Positions 40,721 to 53,640 of a DNA stretch of 64,000 nucleotides are shown piece by piece. Source of the stretch: Gnetum montanum (Eukaryota; Plantae; Gnetophyta); contig MNCI01000751.1 in NCBI GenBank assembly GCA_015680685.1, positions 1 through 64,000 on the forward strand. Reading direction: 5' to 3'. The notes below the pieces were generated by a model. The model was not told the origin of the DNA. It searched no databases and saw only the letters and a program-made list of their open reading frames with translations. Numbering within the stretch: position 1 is the first letter of the stretch; each line of letters opens with the position of its first letter. Both the position numbers and the translations under genes were made by a program.

Positions 40721-42569
40721 CTAAAGTTGCCGCACACAAGCATAAGATGGATGATGGGTGGACAATTGTGGGGAGGCACAAGAGGGCCTTGCTTGGGCCC
40801 TCGAAGGAGCCACCTACGCCTATTGAGGTGCCCAAGATTGTTGTGGTCTTGAGTTCACCCACTACGATGGTAGGGAAAACCCCTAAACCTAAAGACCACA
40901 CTCCTAAGGAGAAAAGGGGGGAGCTTCCCCTACTAGGAGACTGGGTGTGGTAGTGCGAGGATCTGTGATGCCAAAAATAGCAAAGATTTCAAGGGACGCT
41001 ACAGGGTTGGAAGCTGGATACCCAATGGTGACCAAAACAAGATGGGTCATGCAGTTGCCAAGGCTAATGGCTCAAAGCAAAACGACAATTAGAGATTGAC
41101 TTGGGATCATAGACAACCCTGAAAGGGATGTACAAAACATGGTCTATGTGTAGACCATGAAAATTCTGTTATGGAATTGTAGGGGCCAAGGTATGCCCTA
41201 TAAATGAAATACCCTAAAAGATATTGTGCATAGGGAAGACTATAACATGATTTTTTTTTATTTTGCAAAAAACCAAACTATAGCATAGAGAATCTCACTA
41301 GCTGTAGTGGTTTGGATGGTAGTCTCATCTTATCACCTGTCGGGGCTAGGTAGGTGGCCTGGCCACTCTTTCTAGAGTGTTGTTTGATCTAGTGGACTCT
41401 TCCACTTGGACCACAACCATCTTCCTAGCATCTTTCGAGTTGTGGCTTATAAACTTTTATGGGCCATAGGACTAGGAAGCTTGGTTGCAGGAGCTTAGAC
41501 AAATTGTGTTGCTAGTCCCGAATCGTCAAAAGTGGATTCTCGTTGGGGACTTCAATCCATGTCTCCATGTGTGGGAGAAAACTGGTGGCGACATTGACAA
41601 CCCACCTAGAGGTCAACACTTCCTACACTTTCTCCACTCCCATGACCTGGTCGATGTGGAGCTCAAGGGATGATGTTTCACATGGTGAAACAGATGACAA
41701 GGGAAGGACCGAATTATGTACAAAATGGACAAGGTTTGGGTCAGTACAAACATATTGATGAACTTTGAGGTTTAGGCTTTTGGGTAGGAATGTTAGGCCT
41801 TTGATCATAGGTCATTGGTGTTTCAGGTAGGGACTGTCATGTCAAGGGTCTACTCCTTTTTGTTTTAAGCAACTTGGTTATCCAAACCTTTGTTATGACC
41901 TTTGGTGGCAGCCATTTGGGTTGACTATCTATCCTAGATCAACCCTCAAGACTTCCTAAAGCATGGGCTTCATAGGCTTCAGCAGGAGATTCGCTTCAAG
42001 AAGATGGCTGAGAAATATTCCTTCCAGGCCATCAAGATGATGTTGACAGAAAAACTTTCTGAGATCTAAGACAAACAAGAGTTGGGGGACTCCCTGGAGG
42101 AAGCATAACAAGCTATGCTATAGGAGCTCTAGGAGGATTCAACCGAAGAGGAACAATACTAAAGATAGCATTTGAGAATCCAATGCCTAAAGGAGGGGGA
42201 TAGGAATACCTGATTCTTTAATGATTCCAGAAGAATTCACCACCTAGTTCACAAGAGCAACACCATTACAGGGACTAATGATATTGCTCAAGTGATGCAT
42301 GCGTATTGGGTGGACATTTGGCATTGTAGCGAAACCCTGCCCTTATCTGGCCAAATCTGGTTGATGGTGGAAAACAAAAAGTTCCTTGCACCTTTTACCT
42401 AGGTTGACCTAGAGTGGACCATAGCCTTACTGAAAATAGCTAGGCCTCCTGGACCTGATGGATAGCTTATCAAATTCTTTAAGAAGTACATTAACATACT
42501 AGGAAAAAATGTTTTGGATGCATTCAACCAAATGCTCCAATGAAGCAAGTGCATTGTGAGATCAACTAC

Positions 42570-45500
42570 GATTATCTAGAATAAAATCAATGCCAAAATC
42601 CAGAGGACACTTGCATTTGAAACTGCAGCAGTAGGAGGAACGACAGACGGGTGCTAGAGCGCAGCAGCAACAGACACAACGGGCAAGCGCTGGAGCGCAG
42701 CAGTAGTCGACGGGCACAAGAGAGGAGAGCCTGACAAACACACGGGAGGATAGAGGCGATGGGGAGCAATCGGTCTAGGCCACACAAGCCCATGGGGGGG
42801 AAGGGGTGCGAGCACCAGATGGGGGTATTGAGGCACACTATCGGGCCAACCACACCCTGCACCTCCGGGTTAGCAAGCCCCCAACAAAAGGGATCTACAC
42901 CATGCAATGGAGCCTCATTTGCTGCTTCGTTTCCAAGGGTGTTTGCCTGTGGATGGAGTTAATCCACAAGTGGGTGCAAGAGCACTGGAAAGTTGGCCAA
43001 GTGGAGGTCTGGAGTCTGTCCGAGACCCTGCTTTTGTTCATCTTTCCATCCCTGTAGGCTAGGGACTCGGTGATGTTGGGGGGACCATGGTTTTATGGGG
43101 CTCAGGGGCTTGCTCTAACTCCGTGGTGCCCGAGGGCACACCGAGAGACAAACCTGTTCACTCGGGCCCCGGTGTAGATGCGGATTTCTGGGATCCCATG
43201 GGAATTGTGGAACCTGGAATTCCTGGAAAAGGTGGCAGGTTTCTTTGGCGAATTCATTACCTTTGATAGCATGACCCAATCCATGGCAAGGATGGGCTTC
43301 ACTCGTTTTTGCGTATGGCCCTCATTCGGGAAATTGTTCTGGAGCTCCCTGGCAGGGAAGAACACCTCTGGGTCGAGTTTGAGAACCTAGAGGTTGAACT
43401 AGGCCTTGAACTCAAAGTGAAGGCCCGCAAGGGCAAGGGAGCCAAATGCACTTGCTGTGGGCAACTTGGGCACCAGGAGGACTGCCAATTCCAAAGGACA
43501 CGGCCAGTGCGGCCACCAGACCAAGCCAAAACAGATGTTTGAGGATGGGGGCTAGGTCACGATGGGCCGTAAAGGCCATCTGCACCCCTCGCCAGACCAG
43601 CCGCCCCCCAAACCCCCGCCCCCCTTGCCTAGCCCCCCCCNNNNNNNCCCCCTAGGCGAATGGGTGAACATGGTTCGGGGGAGCACTAAGTCACGTCGGC
43701 CATCGGAGTAGGAACCCACACCCGAGGACTCAGGCTGTTGCCTAGAGGTGCGAGAGGGGGAGGGTCACCCTAGCCGCCCGAGTGAGAGTTGGTCCAGGGC
43801 CAGATAGGACCAACGAAGTATAGATTTGGGGCTACAGTAGACCCTCCGGGAGGTCTACCAGCGTTGCTCTTCCAGGCATACATGAAAATTCTTAGTTGGA
43901 ATTGTAAGGGATAGGGTACACCCTATAAAAGAAATACCTTGCGTAGAATCGTCTGAGATGAAGAATGTGACATTGTCTGACTCCAAGAAACCAAGTTACA
44001 GGCGAGAGAATCTCACCTTCTCTCTTGGGATGGCTAGAAAATCCACATGCACCCCTGCATGGGTCGGGCCAGAGGTCTTGCTATACTGGCTTGCTATGAC
44101 ATGATGTTGGTGGACACCTCACACTGGACCATGACCATCCATGTCCCCTCCTAGGGGATTTGGCTGACCAACTTCTATGGGGCGCAGAATTGGGAACAAA
44201 GGCTACAAGAGATGGAACGCGTGGTGATGCTGGTGTCCGATCATCGGGCCTAGCTAATTGTTGGGGACTTCAACCAGCACCTGCATTCGTGGGAAAAATC
44301 CAAGGGGGCTGCCCCCCCACCCCGGGCGCACAAGAGTTTCAAGATTTCCTGACGGTCCACTCACTGGTGGATTTGCCCATTGGGAACTGCCAGTTCACCT
44401 AGAGCAATAGGAGGAAAGGCCTGGACCATGTCCTTTCCCAAATCAACTGGGTCTGCATCAGTTCCGACCTCCTCCTCCGATTAGCCGCAAGGGTTACAGG
44501 GCAAGAAAGGGTCGCTTCGGATCATCGGTCCCCTGATCCATTCGCTCGGGCCGGAAAGGCCCCAAACCCCCCAACCATTCTACTTTGAGGCAACCTGGTT
44601 GTCTAAGCCTTGGTTGAGGCCATTAGTGGAGGACATTTGGGCAAACTACCAACCTGGCCAAGGAGACCCTAGGAACTTCCTTAAGGAGGGTTTACTCTGC
44701 CTGAAATGGGCCATCAGGGCCCTACCAGTGGAGGACAAATTCTCTTTTAGGATGGGTCGCAAGATGCTCCAAGACAAACTTATTCAGGTCCAGATCAAAC
44801 AGGAGGATGGGGAGGACCTACATGAAGAAGAGTAAAACATCTTGCAACAACTCCAAGGCCTTGATCTCAAAGAGGAAACATACTAGAAACAAAGGTCACG
44901 AGTCACCTGGCTCCGAGAAGGGGACAGGCAAACAAAATTTTTCTTTGCCGTCGCTAAAACACGAGGGTGGGGCCAACCAAGTTGTCTACACACCCAAGAT
45001 GGGAGGATTATGGATGAACCACAGAACGTCACTAGGGAGTTGACTCAATATTGGGAGAAGATCTGGGCCAAGCAACCCACCAACCCCATTTCGGTCCCAA
45101 TTGAGCAGGTGCTAAACGAGGAAGACAACACGCGGCTATTGACCCTGTTCTCTTGGTAGGAACTCGTCACCACCATCAACGACATGCCAAGAGGGAAGCC
45201 GCTTGGCCCAGACGATTGGAATCTCGAGTTCTTCTGGACCTTCCTGGATATTGTGGGACCCAATATCCTAGACGCCTTCAACCTTATGTTGGCTAAGAAG
45301 CAAGTTTGAAGGAAGATTAACTGCTCTCAAATCGTGTGCATCCCGAAGCAAATGGAGGCACACCGCCCAAAACACTTCCGTCCTATCGGGATCTGCAACG
45401 TTTTGATTCGGCTCTTCTCCAAATTGATTGTGCATAGGCTAGCGCCTCTCATGCCCAAGCTAGTGGGAGTTAATCAAGCAGGGTTTGTGCAAGGTCGAAC

Positions 45501-48500
45501 CCTGCAGGACCAGGTTATCCTCATGCAAGAGGTCTTCCACTCGCTTTGGACTACGGGTTTCCCTGGGCTCTGTCTCAAGCTCAATATTACCAAGGCGTAT
45601 GACACACTTAACTGGGAAGCCTTGGCTACCATAATGCAACGAAAAGGTTTTGACNNNNNNNNNNNNNNNNNNNNNNNNNNNNNNNNNNNNNNNNNNNNNN
45701 NNNNTTGTTCATCATTGCTATGGACCTAATGCAACTTTATTGTAGAACGTCGAGGGTTGACGGATTAGACATCACAGGGATGGAATGTTGGGCGGAGCAC
45801 TATGCGGATGACACAATGTTGCTTAGTCAAGCAGGGGTCCCACAAGCACGGTGCATCAACATCGCCCTTTCTCGATTAGTGGATGAGTTGGGACTAGAGA
45901 TTAACAAGGCCAAATCCTCAGCTCATTTTATTAACGTGGATCCACAAATTAAAAATCGGGTTGTGCAAGTCCTGAACATCCTACCCAAGATGATCACGAA
46001 CTCTTACTTGGGTATCCTACTCTTCCAGTGGGGGCGGAGCATGTCTTGGGGGACATTGTTGGAGAAAGTTGAGCGGAGGATGGGTCAATGGGCAAACTGT
46101 TTTCTGACCCGGAAGGGGCGATTGGTTGTGGCATCAAGGATTCTCACAGTGATTACCCAGTTCATGGCAGCAGTTGCCACCCCTCCGAACACCATCATTA
46201 ACAAGATCAACATGTTGATTAGGCGTTTACTCTGGATGAGGGGTAGAGGGGGGGCAAACTCCACCTTGTTTGCTAGGAACAGGTCGTGCACCCTCGTAAT
46301 GCGGGGGGGCTAGGCATCTCATCGTTCGAAGATGAGCTGATGGTAGGACAACAACGCTTGCTGCTTCGTTTCATGTGCCCGCATGGGGAATTGGCCTAGT
46401 AGATCCACATTATGAATGCGAAATATCATCGTTGGGAGGCGGGGCTACAAGATTCAAGGCCCTAGCAAACACTCTGTTGCCATGCGCGTGTGATGCAGGC
46501 GCAGAGGTGGTTGGGCTTCAAGCTACGTCGACTAATGACGGCCAAGTACCTGCAAGTGTCAGGCTGGCAGTAGATTTGGAGGGGGTGGCTCCAAGAGAAG
46601 ATCAAAATGTTCTTGTGGTTACTGCGAAATGATGTGTTGCTAGTCCGCACGCTTCTACGCAGATGTAGCCTTCCTCTAGATGACACCTGCCCCCTGTGCT
46701 GCGCTACGCCAAAATCGTGGATTGCACGTACATGTGCACCACGTGGCACACAGCTGAGGTGACCGCCTGATGCGCCTCACCAGGGACTCCTAGGCCACGC
46801 TACTTTTATGGGTAGCGTGGAAGACAAGAAGCCGCGTTGTTTTCTAGTAGATCAGGCTACCCCTGTCCCCGTTGGTGGCTTCCCAAGCTCTCTGCGCATA
46901 GAACGAGATCGAGGCAACAATGGGGGTCACGTCAACCTTTGAGCCTGACTGCGCTACATTCCGTGAAGAGGAAGAACTCTGGGAATTGGTGGAACAGTGC
47001 AGCTGGGACAGCCCCTTGCAATGGCTGATAGGTGACCCAGATCTTGCAGATGACACATTTTTCTTGAACTGGTGCAATGACTGGACTTACTTTCGGGGAC
47101 AAGAGGTAACTGTCATGGAATCCTCAATTGCCAGCTGTTTGGGGGCCCAGGCCACTGGCAAGGTCATTTTATCTTCCACTCGAGGATTGTAGGACGCGGA
47201 ACTATTTTTCGATGGGCTAGTGCCATGCACACAAAGTAGGCAAGTGCCTAGATCCTCCTTGCCCTGAATCTAGGCCTAGGCGACAGATCTGGTGGACTAT
47301 TTTTTTGTCCAGTTTGGCAACGGATCCAAGCTACAGGGCATCCACTTTGCCTAAAGTTGGGGTGCCAGGTTAACCTATCGCGGTTTTTTCTAGCAGCCCT
47401 ACAACTTCAAAGACGGGGCCAATCTTGGCACTATGGCCACTATCCCCCACTCCCCCCCCCCTCCCCCACCTGGCCCCTCGTCCTCAACCAGTCGGGAACC
47501 CCTATGGACCCGCCCCCCCCCACCCCCGGTAATGACCTACACGCAGAAACGACGGAGCCAGCGTGGATGGTGCCTCCCAACCAGTCCCACGACATCGGAA
47601 TCATCTCCGCCTTAGACATCCAAGTGCAATGCAAACTAGGACGAGGAGTTGCAATAGGCTGCACAGTAAGCCGCAACCGAGGCGGGCGAGGCCGAGCGGC
47701 AAAAATGGGAGACAAAATGGCAGGAATCCCTCATGCAGGCACAGGCGGAGTTGGAGGCCCAGTTTAGGGAAAGGAAGCAAGAGTGGGTGAGGTAACAAAC
47801 CCTCCTGGCTGATGTAGCCCGGGCCCGGCTGGAGGATGAGATCCAGGCCCAAGAGCGGGAAGAATTAATGCAGGAGGAAAATGCCCGAAGGGAGCAGGAG
47901 GAGGCGGAACGGGCATAGCTGGAACGTGCTTAGGAGGAGGAGGCCCAACGGCAGAGCCAACTAGACTGGGCTCACGAACACAATGCCCGCCAGTGGCTTA
48001 GAAGTGGACACTGCCCATACCTCATCGTGGGCATCAACTGCAACAGCTCTCGAGGAGAGCTCAAACGACATATCCGCCGAACCTTAGTGCGCATCCATCC
48101 GTATGCGAGGACGTCGACGATGGATCGGAACAGACGGGAGTCGACCATGTAAGGAATCTAGCAAGCCGCTAGTTTTGTCAACATGGAGCTCCATCGGAAC
48201 ACTGGATATTCTGCATGAGTTGGAACGCCCACACTGTGCCTGCCGTCGACTACTGACGAACCCTTAGCAGGGTCGCTGCTTTCAACCCGCAGGGGTCGCN
48301 NNNNNNNNNNNNNNNNNNNNNNNNNNNNNNNNNNNNNNNNNNNNNNNNNNNNNNNNNNNNNNNNNNNNNNNNNNNNNNNNNNNNNNNNNNNNNNNNNNNN
48401 NNNNNNNNNNNNNNNNNNNNNNNGCATGTTGATTTTGGGGTGTTACCCCACCACACATGGGCCATCGTTGATGTCCCGATACTTGTAATCTCTTGTACTA

Positions 48501-48542
48501 TATTTTTCAATAATACATTCCTGACTATTTCCTCAAAAAAAA
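42570..48542 (+). mobile_element. Near full-length L1 nested in the older L1 (ORF1, ORF2, J-domain region, poly A)
   Basis: 15-bp TSD tgtgagatcaactac at 42555-42569 and 48543-48557; poly(A) 48535-48542. ORF1 from ~42590 has GPW, a DUF4283-like region and CTCCGQLGH. ORF2 ATG at 43882 (MKILSWNCKG), FRPIGICN, KAYD, HYADD (YADD at 45801-45812), zf-RVT. Confidence 0.93.
47433..48267 (+). pseudogene. LINE-borne coiled-coil + J-domain region, copy 2
   Basis: WETKW...AHEHNARQWLRSGHCPYLIVGINCNSSRGELKRHIRRTLVRIHPY...GI*QAASFVNMELHRNT/LDILHELERPHCAC. HPY at 48096-48104. The start is uncertain. Confidence 0.75.
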
Positions 48543-50761
48543 TGTGAGATCAACTACTCCAGAATTGTGCTTGTCCCCAAGGTGGTGAATCCTATTGAGC
48601 CTTCCCAGTTTAGACCCATTGGGGTTTGTAACATGCTGCTCCACCTATTTACGAAAATGTTGGTTAGGAGAATGTCTCCGTTGATGCCAACTTTGGTGTG
48701 TGTGCAGCAGACTATATTTATTAAAGGATGATATATCCAGGACTAGGTCCTCCTCTTATAAGAGATTCTACATTCCATGTAGGAGGCTAAATATCTAGGT
48801 ATGTGCCTTAAATTGGACATTATGAAAGCCTATGATATTGTCAGCTAGAATGCTCTCAGGGAAATAATGGTTAGAAAGGGGCTTCATCTGAAATTTGTTA
48901 ATTTGTGCATCCATCTCCAAGAGTTAGGTGCATATTCCATTGATATCGATGAAAAGCTTTGGGGGTTCTCCTCCCCTAGCCATGGATTAAGACAAGGGGA
49001 TCCCTTGTCCACCCATCACTTCATCATAGTTGTAGATTGTTAGGGTGGAATGTCTGTCAAAACACTATGTGGATGATACAATCTTGTTCATTCATGTTGT
49101 GGTTCACCAAGCCCATGCAATGAACAGAGCTCTTTATAAGATGGCTAAAGAGGTTGGCTTTGAAATCAACAAAGGAAAATCCAAACTTCACCTACTTAAT
49201 ACTAATTGGTGTGTGAAGGGAATGGCTTGCCAAGTGCTACGTATCCTCTTGGGAATGATGATAGACTCCTACTTGGGGATCCCCACATATGCCTGGCATA
49301 AGAAGAAATCCTAGTCCAAAGTAATCCAAAATCTCCAACAACGCATTGGGCACTACACAATGCACTATCTAACTAGAAAGGGGAGACTTGTTCTTGCAAC
49401 TTCCATCCTCTTTGCCATATCTAGATTTATTGCCTTTGTTGCCTTCCCTTCGAAGGACATCATACAAAGAGTAGATCAATTAGTAAGGAACTTCATTTGG
49501 TTGGGGGAAAAGGGGGGCAAACACATGCACCTTGTTTGCTAGGACACTGTGGCCAATTGCGAGGTGGCTGGGGGCCTTGGGGTCCTAAAGTTCCAAGACA
49601 CCATCACCATGGGGTACCAACTCCTTACAAACTGGCTAATGCAATCTAATAACAACTTGGCATAGTCGATTCACATCATGATAGGCAAATATCAGCAATG
49701 GACCACGGGAACCCACAACTAGCACATCTAGCAAGCTTTGTCTAGACATTCACTCATGATGTCCCAAGCAGAAATGCTAGGGGCACAACTGTGAGACATT
49801 ATCAAAAATAAATACTTGGCTGTTAAAAGATGGAAAGGGATTTGGGCAAGGAAGCTCCAAAAAAAATAAAAGTGTTCCTTTGGCTCGTGGTCCATGCTAC
49901 TATGCCGCTGCACTCTTTAATTCGAAAGCGGGGCTTGAATATCATTGACATATGTCCCCTTTATGTGTCTGCACCCGAATGACATAACACTTCCTTTATC
50001 AATGCAAGTTTGCAAAGGCCGTTTGATGGGCTACTGCACTGCACACGCCAATCATGCTTGATGGGGACTACAAGGCTATGGTGATTCTTTGGTGCCTATG
50101 GAGGGCACATAATGCCCTTATTTTCTGCTCTGAGCTACTTCCCCCTCTTGTGCAAGTTGTGGCATTTGCTTTGTGATTGTGGCATGAGGCTATGTGCACA
50201 ATGGGTATTACACCTACCTATGAGACTGCATGTGTGGGTTACCATCAGAATCAGGTTCTCTAGGGTTTGATTTCACACATTGGTTGGACTGACCTCCTGC
50301 AGCTGTTGGAAGGGGACCTGATCTTGCTGATGGGTCCTTTTAACATTGGAGGGATGCCTCTACCACTTTTCAAGGTGTATGGATCACCCTCATTGAAGAG
50401 GCTATCTCTCAGTACCTTGATATCCTAATGGAAGGTGAAGTGATTCTCCCCATGGAAACAAGGCTCCAAGATGCAGAGGGTTTCTTCTTGGGGTCTATTC
50501 CCAATCAGGAAGCCGGTAGGTGCCCAAGTCTACCCTACCGCCACTGTGGCAAGATGCTACCAAACTAATTGGCCGCTCTTTCGTCTAGTTGAGCAATGTC
50601 TAGAATTTATAGGGTATGCACTTCGTGTTCCTAAAATGCTTGTGGCTGGGTTGCAGTGTTAACCTCCCAAAATTCTTCCTCGCTTCGTTGTGTCATTAGT
50701 GGAGGGGTCAACACTTGGGCCTGATCTTGGCACTTTGGAACATAGTGCAACCATTGGCGCC

Positions 50762-51601
50762 ATGACCAGCCCAACTAATGTCCTACTCAACAATCTATGG
50801 CCATCAATGGATAACTATGGATGTCCCTCCTATAGCCCCCTAATATAGGAGACTACAAGGATGATGTCTTCTAGGGCTAGGAAGGGGACAAGGGTGGCTA
50901 ATGAACATCCCTCTCTTGACTCTTCTTTGGCCCATGCAGAACATTTTCGATAGATGCTCCAAGAAAAATTTCATACTGACTTGGCCAAGGCCATTGAAGA
51001 AGTTGCTGCGAGGGCGAGGGCAAAGAAGCAGGTCCTATGGGAGGCTAAATGGCAAGAGTGGGAACAATAATACAAATGTCTGACAAAGCAAGCAAAGTTG
51101 CAATGAAGAGAATTGGCCAAGGAGGAACAATGATGCAAGGATTTACAAGATGTAACTATCAAGAATGACGTCAAAGAAGAGCTACATAGGAAAATCAAGC
51201 AAGGGCTGCAATGTGAGGAGCAAGAATGTAGGGAGCATGAGGCTGCAGAATCAAAACAAAAGAAGGAAAAACTAGAGGAAGAGTAGATACAATGGTGGCA
51301 AGACAAAGCTCACAAGGCCAATGAGCATTGCTAGTTTCAGGAAGACAAGGGTCCCTATGTCATCATACAAGTAAATTGCAATAGGTCCTAGTCTTCTATT
51401 CGTAGGCATATCAGGAAGACCTTGGCCAAACCTCATCCAGACAGGTCTGAAAATGACATCAAGCACAACTGAAGGAAGGAAAAATACAAGGAATTCCAAC
51501 AAGCTACAGCGTTTGTGGCTACCAAGAGGCATTGGGCCATCTTAGATGCAATTCACTCTCAAGAATGGGCTATATGCCCATGCACTAGGTTGACACAATA
51601 A
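50762..51601 (+). pseudogene. LINE-borne coiled-coil + J-domain region, copy 3
   Basis: WEAKW...PYVIIQVNCNRS*SSIRRHIRKTLAKPHPDRSENDIKHN*RKEKYKEFQQATAFVATKRHWAILDAIH...CPC in one frame with stops. HPD at 51434-51442. Confidence 0.8.
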
Positions 51602-51989
51602 TTGTACAGCCCACTATTGGGGGCTCCTAGCTCTTCTAGTTTTTGGTGTTGTGTTTGGTCTATGGTTGCGGGTTCTTTGGTTGTGTCTATTTGGGTCACC
51701 TGTCTATCGGTGTTCTGTCTTAGGACATAGGGGGTGCTTCCCCACTATTTGGGTTCCTTTCTTGGGTTTTTGTAGGTTTCTTGGTGTTTGGCTTCATCCT
51801 CTGGGCTCGTACAAAACTATGGGAAGCCCACAGAAAGTGGGTTTGAGAGGGTAGTGGGGGTGTCTCTCCCCCAATTTTGTTGTACATGTGACTTTGCGGA
51901 TGTGTTAATAACACTACCCAAATTCTTCTCAAAAAAGAAAAAAGAAAAGAAAAGAAAAAAGAAATGCCTTATTGCACTAGCAAGAACTT

Positions 51990-52302
51990 GTCATTCCCAA
52001 TATGACCTATCATTTTTATCCTTTTTGTAAGGGTGTTGCTATTAGATTTTGTGGATTTCTGGTTGTGGGTTATGAAGGAAATGTGGGCCATAGGCTCCAA
52101 TCCTTGGTTGTGCTTTTAGCAATGTTGTCTAGGGGTTTTTCTCCCTTGTTTGTGTCTGAACCGATTGTAGCCAGGGGTTTACCTCCCCTTAGTTCTGTTT
52201 CTTTTTGCAACAGGGGATTCCTCACTCCTTATTCTGGTTACCATGTAATCTCTGTTTTCTTGTAATATAATTTGTCCAACCTTTTCTTTAAGGAAAAAAA
52301 AA
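51990..52302 (+). mobile_element. Additional L1-like 3'UTR/poly(A) fragment
   Basis: GT-rich tract with gtaatctctg...gtaatataa before an A run, resembling the other LINE tails. Confidence 0.45.
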
Positions 52303-53374
52303 CAGTAAAAGGATGGAAAGAAAATGTGATTTCATTTTTTGGAACGTTACAAGATGAAAATTTTTATTTTCAACGTTAGAAAGAGATTGGTACATTGAGA
52401 ATTTTTATTTCAAGTATTATCACTTAGATTGCTTTCAAAAGCTTATGCAAGGGAACATTAATCATCCAGAAAATAAAATTTATTTCTACATGCTATATTG
52501 CTATTCAGCTCAATCCTCTGATACATTGACTACTGTCATATTATAAAAAGAATTATTAAATATTTCAAATCACAGTTCATGCTATATTGATCTTATTTTA
52601 TCATAAGATCAATCATAACCTAAAACCAACAGATTGTAGCAAGCAATAGCCAAGACTCTTTAGCTTTCTTTTAAAATTTTGAAGGCACACTATTAAAAAG
52701 GAACATGCTTATGAAGATGGGATCAGATCTTAAATCGTTTTTACATTCCTAAGATTCTAGATCACAGATCATGATTCAGAATTGAGTGGAATCAAGATAT
52801 TAGAAAATATTGAAAAATATCAAATTTTTAACCATTTCAAAAGTATATGTAGTTAAGAAAGAAGAAACTTAAAAATCTATATTCAACTTCAAAATAGAAA
52901 TTTTTTCACATATTACTACAACAACATTGCATCAAACATAAACATCAACCAGTTTCAAATGTAAAACAAACTAGCTGAAGAGTGTCTAAAATCAGCTGCC
53001 AGCTGCGTAAGCGATTCAAAACAAGTTGAAGAATGCATTGCAAAGCTACTGAAGAATGCACCATTGAGTTCCCCAAGAATACACAACTAATCTGTCCAAG
53101 AATGCATTGTGCTACAAATGCCTCACTCCTTATAGAAAAATGTACACTGAAAGTGTCAAAAACCTTGAAATTGCTGATGATGCATATCCAAAATATTCTA
53201 TGCTCATTCTTTCTACTTTTATAGTTGTATTGAGTCTCCATTTTATTATTTAGATAGTATTTTAATGTTTAAAGAAATGTTTAATATTAAAAAGTGTTAA
53301 GTTTTAATTGATGTTTTTAAATATTTTATTTTTCTAAAGCTTTATATTAATTTTTAAATTGGTATTTCTGACAT

Positions 53375-53640
53375 CCAGGATGGGTCTAGGTAAAGAAGTC
53401 CAACAGCAAAAATTTCGAATATCAACCTGGAACATTGGCACTCTCAATATGCTACATCACTGTTCTAGAAATGCCACAAAAAGGAAGATGAAAGAAGACA
53501 TGGGAAAAACAATCAAAGATGATTTGAAGAAACTGCAAAAAGACAAAGATATAGTAGCTCTTCATAGAGGCAAATGGTGAAAAAGAACTCATATAGCTGA
53601 CCCCATTTTGTTGGGACAAGGCTAGGATGATGATGATGAA
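53375..53640 (+). mobile_element. Internally deleted RTE-clade LINE derivative
   Basis: KFRISTWNIGTL (RTE endonuclease N-terminus) is joined to TIKDDL...RGKW*KRTHIADP (RTE C-terminus), then gaccccattttgttgggacaaggct and a (gat)n tail. Confidence 0.7.

Larger units (their letters stand above)
40720..51961 (+). mobile_element. Older L1 element (ORF2 from 41157; RT split by a nested LINE; J-domain region; A-rich tail 51931-51961)
   Basis: MKILLWNCRGQG and WILVGDFN (APE). QVHCEINY/SRIVLVPK..FRPIGVCN rejoins across the TSD. GLRQGDPLS, YVDD (49066-49077), zf-RVT ~49830-50040. The 5' boundary is approximate. Confidence 0.85.

Noticed and set aside
47190-47220. LFFDG as an RNase H catalytic motif
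   Set aside because: The Asp is not conserved in the two sister copies, and the downstream catalytic residues are not evident.
52945-53241. Short ORFs as a possible extra PIR exon
   Set aside because: No PIR similarity, and the flanking exons already join in phase with continuous protein sequence.
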